From Candidatus Woesearchaeota archaeon (GTDB lineage Archaea; Nanobdellota; Nanobdellia; Woesearchaeales; JABIAG01), in assembly GCA_018653365.1 (NCBI GenBank), contig JABIAG010000002.1:42614-106613 (forward strand): a stretch of DNA of 64,000 bases. Reading direction: 5' to 3'. Each line of letters starts with the position of its first letter. Positions within the stretch are counted from its first letter, which is position 1. Below are positions 19,903 to 28,288 of this stretch, piece by piece. A program made the translations under genes and the position numbers. The notes beneath the pieces are model-generated. The model did not search any database. It was not told the DNA's origin and saw nothing but the letters and a program-made list of their open reading frames with translations.

Positions 19903-20457
19903 ATGAACAAACAAGCGATTATGGCATGGGTTGTAGCACTTATCTTTATTTCTAGTGCATTTGGTATGGTTGCTAGTAATATGACTTCCTCAAAAATAAG
20001 ATACAACGATCACGTTATTAATGTTGGAGAAGATCGATATTTCTATGAAGTTGATGATGTAGAAGTTTCTTTTTATTCTTCGCCAGGTTCTGTTGAAAAT
20101 GTGGTTCTTCCTGAAGACTTTGTTGGAGTTTTAAGAAATACTAAGATGATTTATATGACTGCTGAACTTAATGATACTTTGATTGAACCTATCAGTGTTT
20201 TAATTTTTGATGTTAGTAAGTATGTTTTTGATACTGATTCAGTGTATGTTCAACCCGCTTTTACTACAAATGAGACTGAACTTCCTAAAATAACTTGTGA
20301 AGATGCGTCTTCTTCGGTTCCAGTAGTATACCTAAAGAAGGGATTAACGAGATCTGCAAGTTTTGTAGATAATTGTTTGAATATTACGGTTGCATCTGCT
20401 TATGATGTTGCATCATATCGTGATAGATTATTATATGGTTTTTATGGGGTAATTTAA
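19903..20457 (+). CDS. Membrane-anchored hypothetical protein, paralog of the next gene
   Basis: N-terminal TM; ITC..PVVY..NC..DRLLYGFYGVI. Confidence 0.75.
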   Translation: MNKQAIMAWVVALIFISSAFGMVASNMTSSKIRYNDHVINVGEDRYFYEVDDVEVSFYSSPGSVENVVLPEDFVGVLRNTKMIYMTAELNDTLIEPISVLIFDVSKYVFDTDSVYVQPAFTTNETELPKITCEDASSSVPVVYLKKGLTRSASFVDNCLNITVASAYDVASYRDRLLYGFYGVI

Positions 20458-20458
20458 G

Positions 20459-21139
20459 ATGGAAGAACACGAAGTTAAAGATGTGGAAGAGCAAGAACTT
20501 GATAAAAGAAGCCAACGAAATATGATCTTTGTTATTGTTATTATTGCACTAGTGGTTATTGGCTTTATTGCGTTTAAAGCATTTCACGAACCTGCACCTC
20601 AAACGGTTGATGATGTTTTTCAACAAGCTCTTGATGGCAAATTGGATGAGGATGTTGCATATAGTTACAATGGCTATGTTTTTGTTAACATTATGGGTTC
20701 TTGGATGACGCGTATTCAGGTAGGAAATGAGATGATTGAAATTCCTTTACATTTCGGTCCAAGAGATTTAGAAAATAATATTAGTATTATGGGTTCAGTT
20801 GATAACCGGTTTACTAGTAATCCTAACTTGTTTATTACTTTTGATCCTAACTCTACACAAATGAAGTATATTGCGTTGTCTGCTGCTGAACTGAGTTTAA
20901 GTCTGGCTAAAGGTATTAAGGTTAATCCTGTTGCGGCTTGTACCTCCAATGAAACAGCTTGTGAGGGTCGTCCAATTGTTACTTGTGATTCAACTAACGC
21001 GCCAGTAATTTATATCAAGAAGGATAGTGATGCTATGATCGTTCAATCAGGTAATTGTGTTATTCTTTCAGGTAATGAGTGGGACCTGGTTAGAGTTGTT
21101 GATAGATTCTTATTGGCTTGGTATGGGATCATGCCTTAA
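20459..21139 (+). CDS. Membrane-anchored hypothetical protein
   Basis: N-terminal TM; VTC..PVIY..NC..DRFLLAWYGIM. Confidence 0.75.
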   Translation: MEEHEVKDVEEQELDKRSQRNMIFVIVIIALVVIGFIAFKAFHEPAPQTVDDVFQQALDGKLDEDVAYSYNGYVFVNIMGSWMTRIQVGNEMIEIPLHFGPRDLENNISIMGSVDNRFTSNPNLFITFDPNSTQMKYIALSAAELSLSLAKGIKVNPVAACTSNETACEGRPIVTCDSTNAPVIYIKKDSDAMIVQSGNCVILSGNEWDLVRVVDRFLLAWYGIMP

Positions 21140-21483
21140 ACTTCTTTTATTTTATTTTCTTCTGTTGTTACAATTCGCATACCTACTCCTAATTTTAACA
21201 CTGCACTGATTATTGCCATGTGTTCAGTTCCAGTTCCAGAAATTAAATTGACTGCGACCTCTTCAAAGCTTAATTTATTTTTTAAACTAGCGTGGATCTG
21301 ATCTCTCATCTCGTTAACATTGCCTTTCACAACTATTAGCTCTGCTTTTTCATGTGTGAATTTTTCTTTTCCGAAATCATTTGTAATTAAGAATACTTTT
21401 TCCCATGGTTCTGAGTCTATCAGTTTGATTACTTCTGTCCAGGTTCCTTTACCGGTTGATAAGCAGGCGATTAGTTTGGTCAT
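21136..21483 (-). CDS. Small Rossmann-like (possibly CARF-like) protein
   Basis: IACLSTGKGT, KVFLIT, VAVNLISGTG. Confidence 0.6.
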   Translation of the reverse strand: MTKLIACLSTGKGTWTEVIKLIDSEPWEKVFLITNDFGKEKFTHEKAELIVVKGNVNEMRDQIHASLKNKLSFEEVAVNLISGTGTEHMAIISAVLKLGVGMRIVTTEENKIKEV

Positions 21484-21558
21484 TATATAATTAATCTTCT
21501 TTTGTTTTTAACTTTTTTGCTCCAAAAAATTTATATACTCAAAACCTTAGGTATTTTT

Positions 21559-22023
21559 ATGCCTATTCAACAACCTGTTCAACCGGTTCAACAGCCAGTA
21601 CAACAACCTGTTCAGCCTGTTCAACCTCCGGTTCAACCAGGTTATCAAACCGTTCAGGCAATACAACCTGTTCAACAACCTGTTCAACAAGGGGTAGTTC
21701 AACAACCCTTGTTTAAAAGTCCTAAACAAATGGCTATTGAGTTTTTTGTTGGCTTTTTTGCTATGTGGGGAATTATGATTCTTCAGGCCTGGGCTACTCG
21801 TTCTCAGTTTGGGGGCATGATTAGTGATACGCGGACTGCATTGACTGCTTCATTAGGTCTTTCTGTTCTGCTTTTGGTTGTTTATATTGGTTTAGTTATT
21901 TTTCTGATTTTTAAGTTGAAAAAGTCCCTTGTTGTGATCGGGTCTTTGATAGGTTTTCCTATCATTTACTTGTTGAGTGAGGGCGTTCGTGAGGGCTTTC
22001 AGATATTTTTCGCGTTTCTTTAA
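21559..22023 (+). CDS. Pro/Gln-rich repeat protein with 3 TM helices
   Basis: QQPV repeats (CAACAACCTGTT); ATG 21559 downstream of TATA. Confidence 0.75.
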   Translation: MPIQQPVQPVQQPVQQPVQPVQPPVQPGYQTVQAIQPVQQPVQQGVVQQPLFKSPKQMAIEFFVGFFAMWGIMILQAWATRSQFGGMISDTRTALTASLGLSVLLLVVYIGLVIFLIFKLKKSLVVIGSLIGFPIIYLLSEGVREGFQIFFAFL

Positions 22024-22063
22024 AAAGAAAACAATTAAATACTCCCTTCTTTAAAATAAACCT

Positions 22064-23485
22064 ATGGATGGTAAGGTAAGGTTTGCTGAAGTGGTTTTAG
22101 TAATCTTAATTGTCTTAAATATTCTTGATTTTTTTAAATTTCTTCCAGAGGACCTTGATTTTGTTAAGAAGATTATTTCTTGGACAATTCTTGCAGTTTT
22201 ATTTTATAAGATTGGTTTTGTTTGGATCTTTCTTGGTAAAGATAAATGTGAAAAATGTGGGATTTTGCCTACGAGAGCCCTTGATGGATTTATTTTAGTT
22301 TTTTATCTTCTTTTTTTAGTGAAAAACTTGCTTGCTATTACTGTGGGTACAGAGTCTAATTGGTTTCATAGTTTGTTTTTATTATTTGCCACGTATGGTG
22401 CCCAAATTGAACTGGTTTCTTTTTATGTTGGGGGGATAGGTTTGTTGGTGATTTCATTTTATTTAGCATTCTGTAAGATTAACGAACCGAGTTTACTAGG
22501 AAATTTACATCTAACTGACAAACCATGGTTAGTAAAGTTTATTGCTATTTTTCTTGTTCTAACCTCTTTCTTGATCCTTGTTTTCGATCTAGTTTTAGAA
22601 TGGTTGGGAATTGCAGTTGATAGTTTGATTATTATTGTTGCATTAATAATTTATTTTGTTTTTATTGTAAAGAATCATCAAAGGTTCATGCCAGGAAATT
22701 TGTTATATAGAATTGGTAATTTTGGAGAAACTTTTTACGAAAGAGTAATTAGATTTTTCCACGATAAAGAAAAAATATTCTTAGGAGTTACGGGCTTACT
22801 TATACTTCATTTGTTAACTGAAGTGGGTAATTTCTTATTACCTTATGTGTTTAATTTAACAAATTCTTTATACTTTCATAAGTTGGGTCATCAACCAATT
22901 TATTCTTTATTATCCCAAGATGTTGCTAATTTTGGTTTTTATGCTTACTTCTCTTATATCTTCAATGTTTTTGCTATTTTTGCTTTGGTAATTCTTGCAG
23001 GATTTATCTGGTTTGAAATTTACAAGAATCAACGTCGAGGGATTCCTGGTTGGGTATTGGCATTGTTCTTTGCGTCTCTTCCAAGTTTTTTATTGACGCC
23101 TTTATTTAAATTGAAAGCACTAGTTTCTGGAGAATTAGTGGGAGTAAATCTTGTTTCACAAAATATTTTCGGAAACATTCAATTAATAGTCTTAGTGTCC
23201 ATAGCGTTTGGAATTATTATTTTCTTACTTTCGTTTTCTCCATTGATTAAGAAGATGTTATATCACTTAACTATTGCATCTAGTTTAGCATTCTTGTTTT
23301 ATTATTTGTTCTTATTCTATTCTAGTACTGCTGCATATTATAATGGTTCTTTAAAGTTGTTATTGGGGTCAGGAATGTTTTTAGTTTCATTTTATTTCTT
23401 AATCTTCTATCTAATTAAGATATTATTTCTTGTTTTTGCGGTTTTTAAATTGTTAATTCAGATGATAAGGGATCATTTGCTTTAG
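22064..23485 (+). CDS. Polytopic membrane protein (about 12 TM)
   Basis: Hydrophobicity pattern. Confidence 0.75.
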   Translation: MDGKVRFAEVVLVILIVLNILDFFKFLPEDLDFVKKIISWTILAVLFYKIGFVWIFLGKDKCEKCGILPTRALDGFILVFYLLFLVKNLLAITVGTESNWFHSLFLLFATYGAQIELVSFYVGGIGLLVISFYLAFCKINEPSLLGNLHLTDKPWLVKFIAIFLVLTSFLILVFDLVLEWLGIAVDSLIIIVALIIYFVFIVKNHQRFMPGNLLYRIGNFGETFYERVIRFFHDKEKIFLGVTGLLILHLLTEVGNFLLPYVFNLTNSLYFHKLGHQPIYSLLSQDVANFGFYAYFSYIFNVFAIFALVILAGFIWFEIYKNQRRGIPGWVLALFFASLPSFLLTPLFKLKALVSGELVGVNLVSQNIFGNIQLIVLVSIAFGIIIFLLSFSPLIKKMLYHLTIASSLAFLFYYLFLFYSSTAAYYNGSLKLLLGSGMFLVSFYFLIFYLIKILFLVFAVFKLLIQMIRDHLL

Positions 23486-23577
23486 AAAAGTTTATAACCC
23501 GTTTTTATGCTCAGAACTGAATGAAATAATGTTATGCGGTAGAAACCTTTTTATAAGACTTATTTAACATCCTTTTA

Positions 23578-24018
23578 ATGAAGTATTCCAAATTACAAGC
23601 TAAATATTCTCTTCCTGATATTGACATTCTTGACTATGAGTTTGAAATAGAAAAAGACAAGCCGTTTATTCTTAGAGAAATAAGGAGGAGAGTAAGTGAT
23701 AAGTTAAATATTTATTGTGACTTGTTGCATGGCATATTACAACCTGACACCTCTTCTATCGAGCAAATGTATGAAGTTACACACTTTGATGAGAAAGCCA
23801 AAGCAGGTATCTTTAATTTGTACAAAAAATTAATGAGATTACATAGGTATTCTGTAGAGGCTGCTTTGGATGGTGAGGAATTAGAGGCCAAATTCATTAA
23901 TGATGTGTTTAAAGAATGGAAAAGTATAAAAGAAAAGTTAAGAGTTATTGTTAATAAGATGAAGTTGAGTTGGGATAGCGCGGATGCAAAAGAAGAAGAC
24001 TTGAGGTATTTAGGATGA
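23578..24018 (+). CDS. Hypothetical helical protein
   Basis: 146-aa ORF ending YLG. Confidence 0.75.
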   Translation: MKYSKLQAKYSLPDIDILDYEFEIEKDKPFILREIRRRVSDKLNIYCDLLHGILQPDTSSIEQMYEVTHFDEKAKAGIFNLYKKLMRLHRYSVEAALDGEELEAKFINDVFKEWKSIKEKLRVIVNKMKLSWDSADAKEEDLRYLG

Positions 24019-24064
24019 TGATGAAATGTAATGAATTAATCTCAGAAGGGAGTGGAGCGTACTG

Positions 24065-24700
24065 ATGATGAAAACTGTAATTTTTATTGGAGCACCCGGT
24101 GTGGGAAAGGGAACTTACACCTCAAAGATTGTTGATAAGTATGGATGGTTTCATGTTTCACCAGGAGAACTATTAAGAGAGAATGTTCGTGAAAAAACCG
24201 AATTAGGTAACAAAATTGCTGCAGTTATGCAATCTGGAGACCTAATTGATGATGATTTAGTTATTGGTGTTATCAAAAACGCAATTGAGGGAAAAGATAG
24301 TGTGCTTTTTGATGGTTTTCCCAGAACAGTTTACCAAGCTGAAAAACTTGATGATTTTGCTAAGCCTAGTTTGATTATTAACTTTGTTGCGGATGAAGAA
24401 AAAATTGTTGAAAGACTTTCTGGTAGAAGAGTCTGTCCTGAATGTGAAGCAATATTTCATGTTAAAAACATTCCGTCCAAAGTTGAGGGAGTTTGTGATA
24501 AGTGTAGTGGAGCACTAGTTCAAAGAAAGGATGATCTTCCAGAGGCAATTAAAGAACGATTAAGAGTTTTTCATGAGTTAACACAGCCAGTTGTTGAGTT
24601 TTATCGTGAACGTGAAGAATTTAAAGTGGTTGATGCTAATTCTGATGATGTGGATAGTATTGTTGAAAATACTATGAACATTATAAACGTTGATCAATAA
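24065..24700 (+). CDS. adk: Adenylate kinase (Zn-LID type)
   Basis: GAPGVGKGT, DGFPRT, CxxC...CxxC lid, QRKDD. Confidence 0.95.
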   Translation: MMKTVIFIGAPGVGKGTYTSKIVDKYGWFHVSPGELLRENVREKTELGNKIAAVMQSGDLIDDDLVIGVIKNAIEGKDSVLFDGFPRTVYQAEKLDDFAKPSLIINFVADEEKIVERLSGRRVCPECEAIFHVKNIPSKVEGVCDKCSGALVQRKDDLPEAIKERLRVFHELTQPVVEFYREREEFKVVDANSDDVDSIVENTMNIINVDQ

Positions 24701-24732
24701 AATATTTAAACTCCGACCAATTATTTAAGCAC

Positions 24733-25698
24733 ATGATTCCTGAAAAGCTTAAACAAGGTGATGAAATTAGAATTATTGCTCCTTCTAGAAGTTTAGCTTT
24801 GCTTTCACAAGAAAATAAGGATTTGGCAACTAAAAAACTTGAAGAGCTTGGTTTTAAGGTTACTTTTGGTTTTAATGTTGATGAAAAAGATGAGTTTATT
24901 TCTTCTTCTATTGAATCGAGAGTTAAAGACATTCATGATGCTTTTAGTGATAAGAACGTTAAAGCAATACTCACTGTTATTGGTGGTTTTAATTGCAATC
25001 AATTACTGTCTTACCTAGATTATGATTTAATAAAAAATAATCCAAAAATATTTTGTGGGTATTCAGATATTACTGCTTTGCAGAATACTTTTTTGAAAAA
25101 ATCTGATCTTGTTACTTATTCCGGACCTCATTTTTCAACTTTCGCGATGAAGAACGGGTTTGAGTTTACTTTGGATTCTTTTAAAAAATGTTTGATGAGT
25201 TCAGAACCTGTTGAAATAATTGCTTCTGAGAACTGGAGTGATGATTCTTGGTGGGAAAATCAAGAAGATCGAAATTTCATTCAGAATAACGGTTTTCTTA
25301 ATATTAACTCTGGTGAGGCTGAAGGAACTCTTGTGGGGGGTAACATTTGTACTTTGAATTTGTTACAAGGAACTGAGTTCATGCCTTCATTAGAAAACTC
25401 CATCTTATTTATTGAGGATGATGAAGAGTCAAAGGCAGTTAATTTTGATAGGGATTTACAATCTTTGATACATCTTCCTGAGTTCAAGGGTGTTAAAGGA
25501 ATAGTTATTGGTAGGTTTCAGAAAGCATCTAAAGTAACTGATGATTTGTTAATTAAAATCATTAAGACAAAGAAAGAGTTATCTAACATTCCAGTAATTG
25601 CAAATGTTGATTTTGGTCATACTATGCCCCTTATTACTTTCCCTATTGGTGGAAAGGTTAGAATCTCGGATGGTAAGTTGCTGCTTTTGGAGCATTAA
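24733..25698 (+). CDS. S66 peptidase (MccF / LD-carboxypeptidase family)
   Basis: GYSDIT (Ser), FIED (Glu), DFGHT (His). Confidence 0.92.
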   Translation: MIPEKLKQGDEIRIIAPSRSLALLSQENKDLATKKLEELGFKVTFGFNVDEKDEFISSSIESRVKDIHDAFSDKNVKAILTVIGGFNCNQLLSYLDYDLIKNNPKIFCGYSDITALQNTFLKKSDLVTYSGPHFSTFAMKNGFEFTLDSFKKCLMSSEPVEIIASENWSDDSWWENQEDRNFIQNNGFLNINSGEAEGTLVGGNICTLNLLQGTEFMPSLENSILFIEDDEESKAVNFDRDLQSLIHLPEFKGVKGIVIGRFQKASKVTDDLLIKIIKTKKELSNIPVIANVDFGHTMPLITFPIGGKVRISDGKLLLLEH

Positions 25699-26551
25699 TT
25701 AATTGATCAATAAATACTGTTGCATAACTTCCTTTTGGTAAGAAAAATTTGAGTTTAATTCCTTCTTTTACTTTTTCTATCTCTAAATCTTTTACTTCAC
25801 ACCATACTTTTCTTATATCTCCTTCTGAACTGATTTCTGGGATTTGTCTAATTATGAAATCTCTTGGTTTTATCTCTTCACTTTTTGTTATTTGGTTTTG
25901 AAAATGGTTCCCAAACCCAATTAGTTCTACTTCCTCTTTGCTATTGTCCAGGTTTATGCTTTCATTCCATATCCAGGACTGATACGCGTGTATGTAAAGT
26001 GTTAACACTTTTTTATTTAAACCTCTTAATGATAGTACTGCATTAGAATCGTCTAGTTCTAGTAGGTTACATGCTTTTTTGAAGTCTTTTTTTACTATTG
26101 CTCTTCCAACTTCTGCATTGTTGCCCCCAAATCTTTGGGGACCGTAATAATTTACAAACTTAGTTATCTTTTCTGGAACTTCTTCAACGTCATATATGAT
26201 TATTTCAAAGTTGTTTCCATCGAGGTCTCCAAGTGATACTGGTTTGTCGCCTTTGCCAAGATATGTTAATTTGATTCCTTCTAATTTGGTTCTTTCTAGT
26301 TTATCCTTTCCGATGAATTTTACTGAACATACCTGGGATGTGATTGCTTTTTTGTCTTTGTTTCCTGCAAATCCTATGTTGCGAAATTGTGTATGTAGTG
26401 CTTTTGCTACTGCTTCTAGTGCTCTTACTGTATTGTAATTTTCTTTTTCCATTAAGAAATAGGTGTAGTCTCCTTTTTCTCCAATTACCACATTACTTTT
26501 CTCTTTTACAATAAAGTCTGATGGTGTTTGTTTTAGTTTCATATTAAACAA
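25658..26551 (-). CDS. truD: tRNA pseudouridine-13 synthase
   Basis: AGNKDKKAITSQ, GNNF, NYYGPQRFG, LPKGSYAT. Confidence 0.93.
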   Translation of the reverse strand: MFNMKLKQTPSDFIVKEKSNVVIGEKGDYTYFLMEKENYNTVRALEAVAKALHTQFRNIGFAGNKDKKAITSQVCSVKFIGKDKLERTKLEGIKLTYLGKGDKPVSLGDLDGNNFEIIIYDVEEVPEKITKFVNYYGPQRFGGNNAEVGRAIVKKDFKKACNLLELDDSNAVLSLRGLNKKVLTLYIHAYQSWIWNESINLDNSKEEVELIGFGNHFQNQITKSEEIKPRDFIIRQIPEISSEGDIRKVWCEVKDLEIEKVKEGIKLKFFLPKGSYATVFIDQLINAPKAATYHPRF

Positions 26552-26670
26552 TAAATAAGAATTAGTTAAAAAGGTTGTCCTCTGTTTGTTTTACACTGTT
26601 GGAGATTTCGCCCTGTCTCTGCCCAGAAGATTAGAAAGCATTATAAAATAATTCTTATTCGTTAATTCAT

Positions 26671-26789
26671 GCGCCTGTAGCTCAGCCTGGATACCGGAAA
26701 ATCTTGATTTTACTGGATTGACCCGGTAGGGTAAATAGAGTGGCACCCTCCTAAGGTGAAGGTCCGGGGTTCAAATCCTCGCAGGCGCG
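26671..26789 (+). tRNA. tRNA-Arg(CCT) with 44-nt D-loop intron (26691-26734)
   Basis: GCGCCTG/CAGGCGC; BHB with GCCT/GGGT helix and GGA/AAA bulges; splicing restores AGCCTGGATA. Confidence 0.88.
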
Positions 26790-26852
26790 TAACGGAGTGA
26801 AGCAACTGCGTAGGTGTTGGGAACGTAAGTGACCACATCTCGCAGGCGCGTA
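26778..26852 (+). mobile_element. 47-nt structured insert between 14-bp duplications of the tRNA-Arg 3' end
   Basis: CTCGCAGGCGCGTA at 26778 and 26839; hairpin GTGT-T-GG-GA-AC-GTAA-GT-GA-CC-ACAT. Confidence 0.75.
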
Positions 26853-26859
26853 TTTTAAA

Positions 26860-27798
26860 ATGAATGTTTTAGTAACTGGCGGGGCAGGCTTTATTGGTAG
26901 TGCCTGTGTAAGAGAATTAGTAAAGAGTCATAGTGTAATAGTAGTTGACAATCTTTCCAAAGGAAGAAAAGAATTAGTGGATTCTAAAGCTAAACTTTAT
27001 GAAGTTGATTTAACAAATCAATCTGCACTAGAATCCGTTTTTGCTGAAAACAAAATTGATGCAATAATCCACTTTGCAGCTTACAAAGCTGTTGATGAAT
27101 CAATGGAAGATGCAGTTAAGTATTCTGATAATGTTAATGGAACTATTAATTTACTAAACGCAATGGTAAAACATAATGTAAAACAAATAATCTTTTCTTC
27201 TACTGCTGCCGTTTATGGCATGCCTGATAAGGACGTTATTGATGAAGACACTGAAACTAAACCAATGAGTTTTTATGGCTTTACTAAACTTAATATTGAA
27301 CAACTTCTCAAATGGTATCACGAGATACATAACATCAACTACATTGCTTTAAGATACTTTAATGTTGCAGGGGATGCGGGTTTACATTATGTTGATCCTG
27401 CTGCTAAAAACATTTTCCCAATCATTATGGAAGTTATTGAGGGCAAAAGAGATAAACTTACAGTTTTTGGTACTGATTATCCTACTCGAGATGGGACTGC
27501 AATAAGGGATTATATTGATGTTAACGATTTAGTTGATGCTCACATTCTTGCTCTCACTACAAAGTATGTGGGAATTATTAATTTGGGTACTGGTGAAGGG
27601 TATTCTGTTAAAGAGTTAGTTGTAGCTTTCAAAGAGGTAACTGGAAAAGAGTTTATTGTTGAATATGGTGATCGTAGGCCAGGGGATCCTGCTACTGTTC
27701 TTGCTTCTAACACGCGTGCTAAAGAAATTCTAAACTGGGCCCCTAAGCGTGATGTTAAAGAGATGATTAAGTCAACTTATGAAGCCTATAACAGTTAG
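26860..27798 (+). CDS. galE: UDP-glucose 4-epimerase
   Basis: GGAGFIG, FSSTAAVYG, YGFTK, LRYFNVAG. Confidence 0.95.
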   Translation: MNVLVTGGAGFIGSACVRELVKSHSVIVVDNLSKGRKELVDSKAKLYEVDLTNQSALESVFAENKIDAIIHFAAYKAVDESMEDAVKYSDNVNGTINLLNAMVKHNVKQIIFSSTAAVYGMPDKDVIDEDTETKPMSFYGFTKLNIEQLLKWYHEIHNINYIALRYFNVAGDAGLHYVDPAAKNIFPIIMEVIEGKRDKLTVFGTDYPTRDGTAIRDYIDVNDLVDAHILALTTKYVGIINLGTGEGYSVKELVVAFKEVTGKEFIVEYGDRRPGDPATVLASNTRAKEILNWAPKRDVKEMIKSTYEAYNS

Positions 27799-27829
27799 TT
27801 TTTTAAATGGATGTTAAGTTCTCGTAATT

Positions 27830-28288
27830 ATGTCAGCAGGAAGATTTAATCAAAGATGCGCTACATGTAATCCACGAAATGGTACTGCACGCTATAGACC
27901 TACTGAAGAAACTTTGAGAGGATTAATAGCAGGCAGATCTGCTGTTGATCCAACACCCACATTCTATGCGGGGTGTTCAGCTCATATGCGAGAACGTGGA
28001 TGGACTGTGGGAAAGGCGGCTAAAGAATTAGCACCGGGTTTTGATTTGGCAAAAAACACTTCTGAGTATCTTGTTGAACGAGCTAGGAATGGTAAAATTT
28101 TTGTTCCTTGTATTTTAGAATCACGTTTTGATCCTGAAATTCCTTATATTAGTTTTGTTTCAGCTTTTTTCAGGTTATGTGAGGCAACTCCTGATCTTTT
28201 ACATGAGTGGGGAAAAATCTTGCCTGCTTCTTCAGGGGAAGGGTATGTACAACCTGTTACTTTTAAGGAAGTTTTGAGAGAATTATAA
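27830..28288 (+). CDS. Hypothetical protein
   Basis: 152-aa ORF with N-terminal CxxC. Confidence 0.6.
   Translation: MSAGRFNQRCATCNPRNGTARYRPTEETLRGLIAGRSAVDPTPTFYAGCSAHMRERGWTVGKAAKELAPGFDLAKNTSEYLVERARNGKIFVPCILESRFDPEIPYISFVSAFFRLCEATPDLLHEWGKILPASSGEGYVQPVTFKEVLREL

Noticed and set aside
21565-21708. Short tandem DNA repeats as a regulatory array
   Set aside because: Explained by QQPV low-complexity coding sequence.
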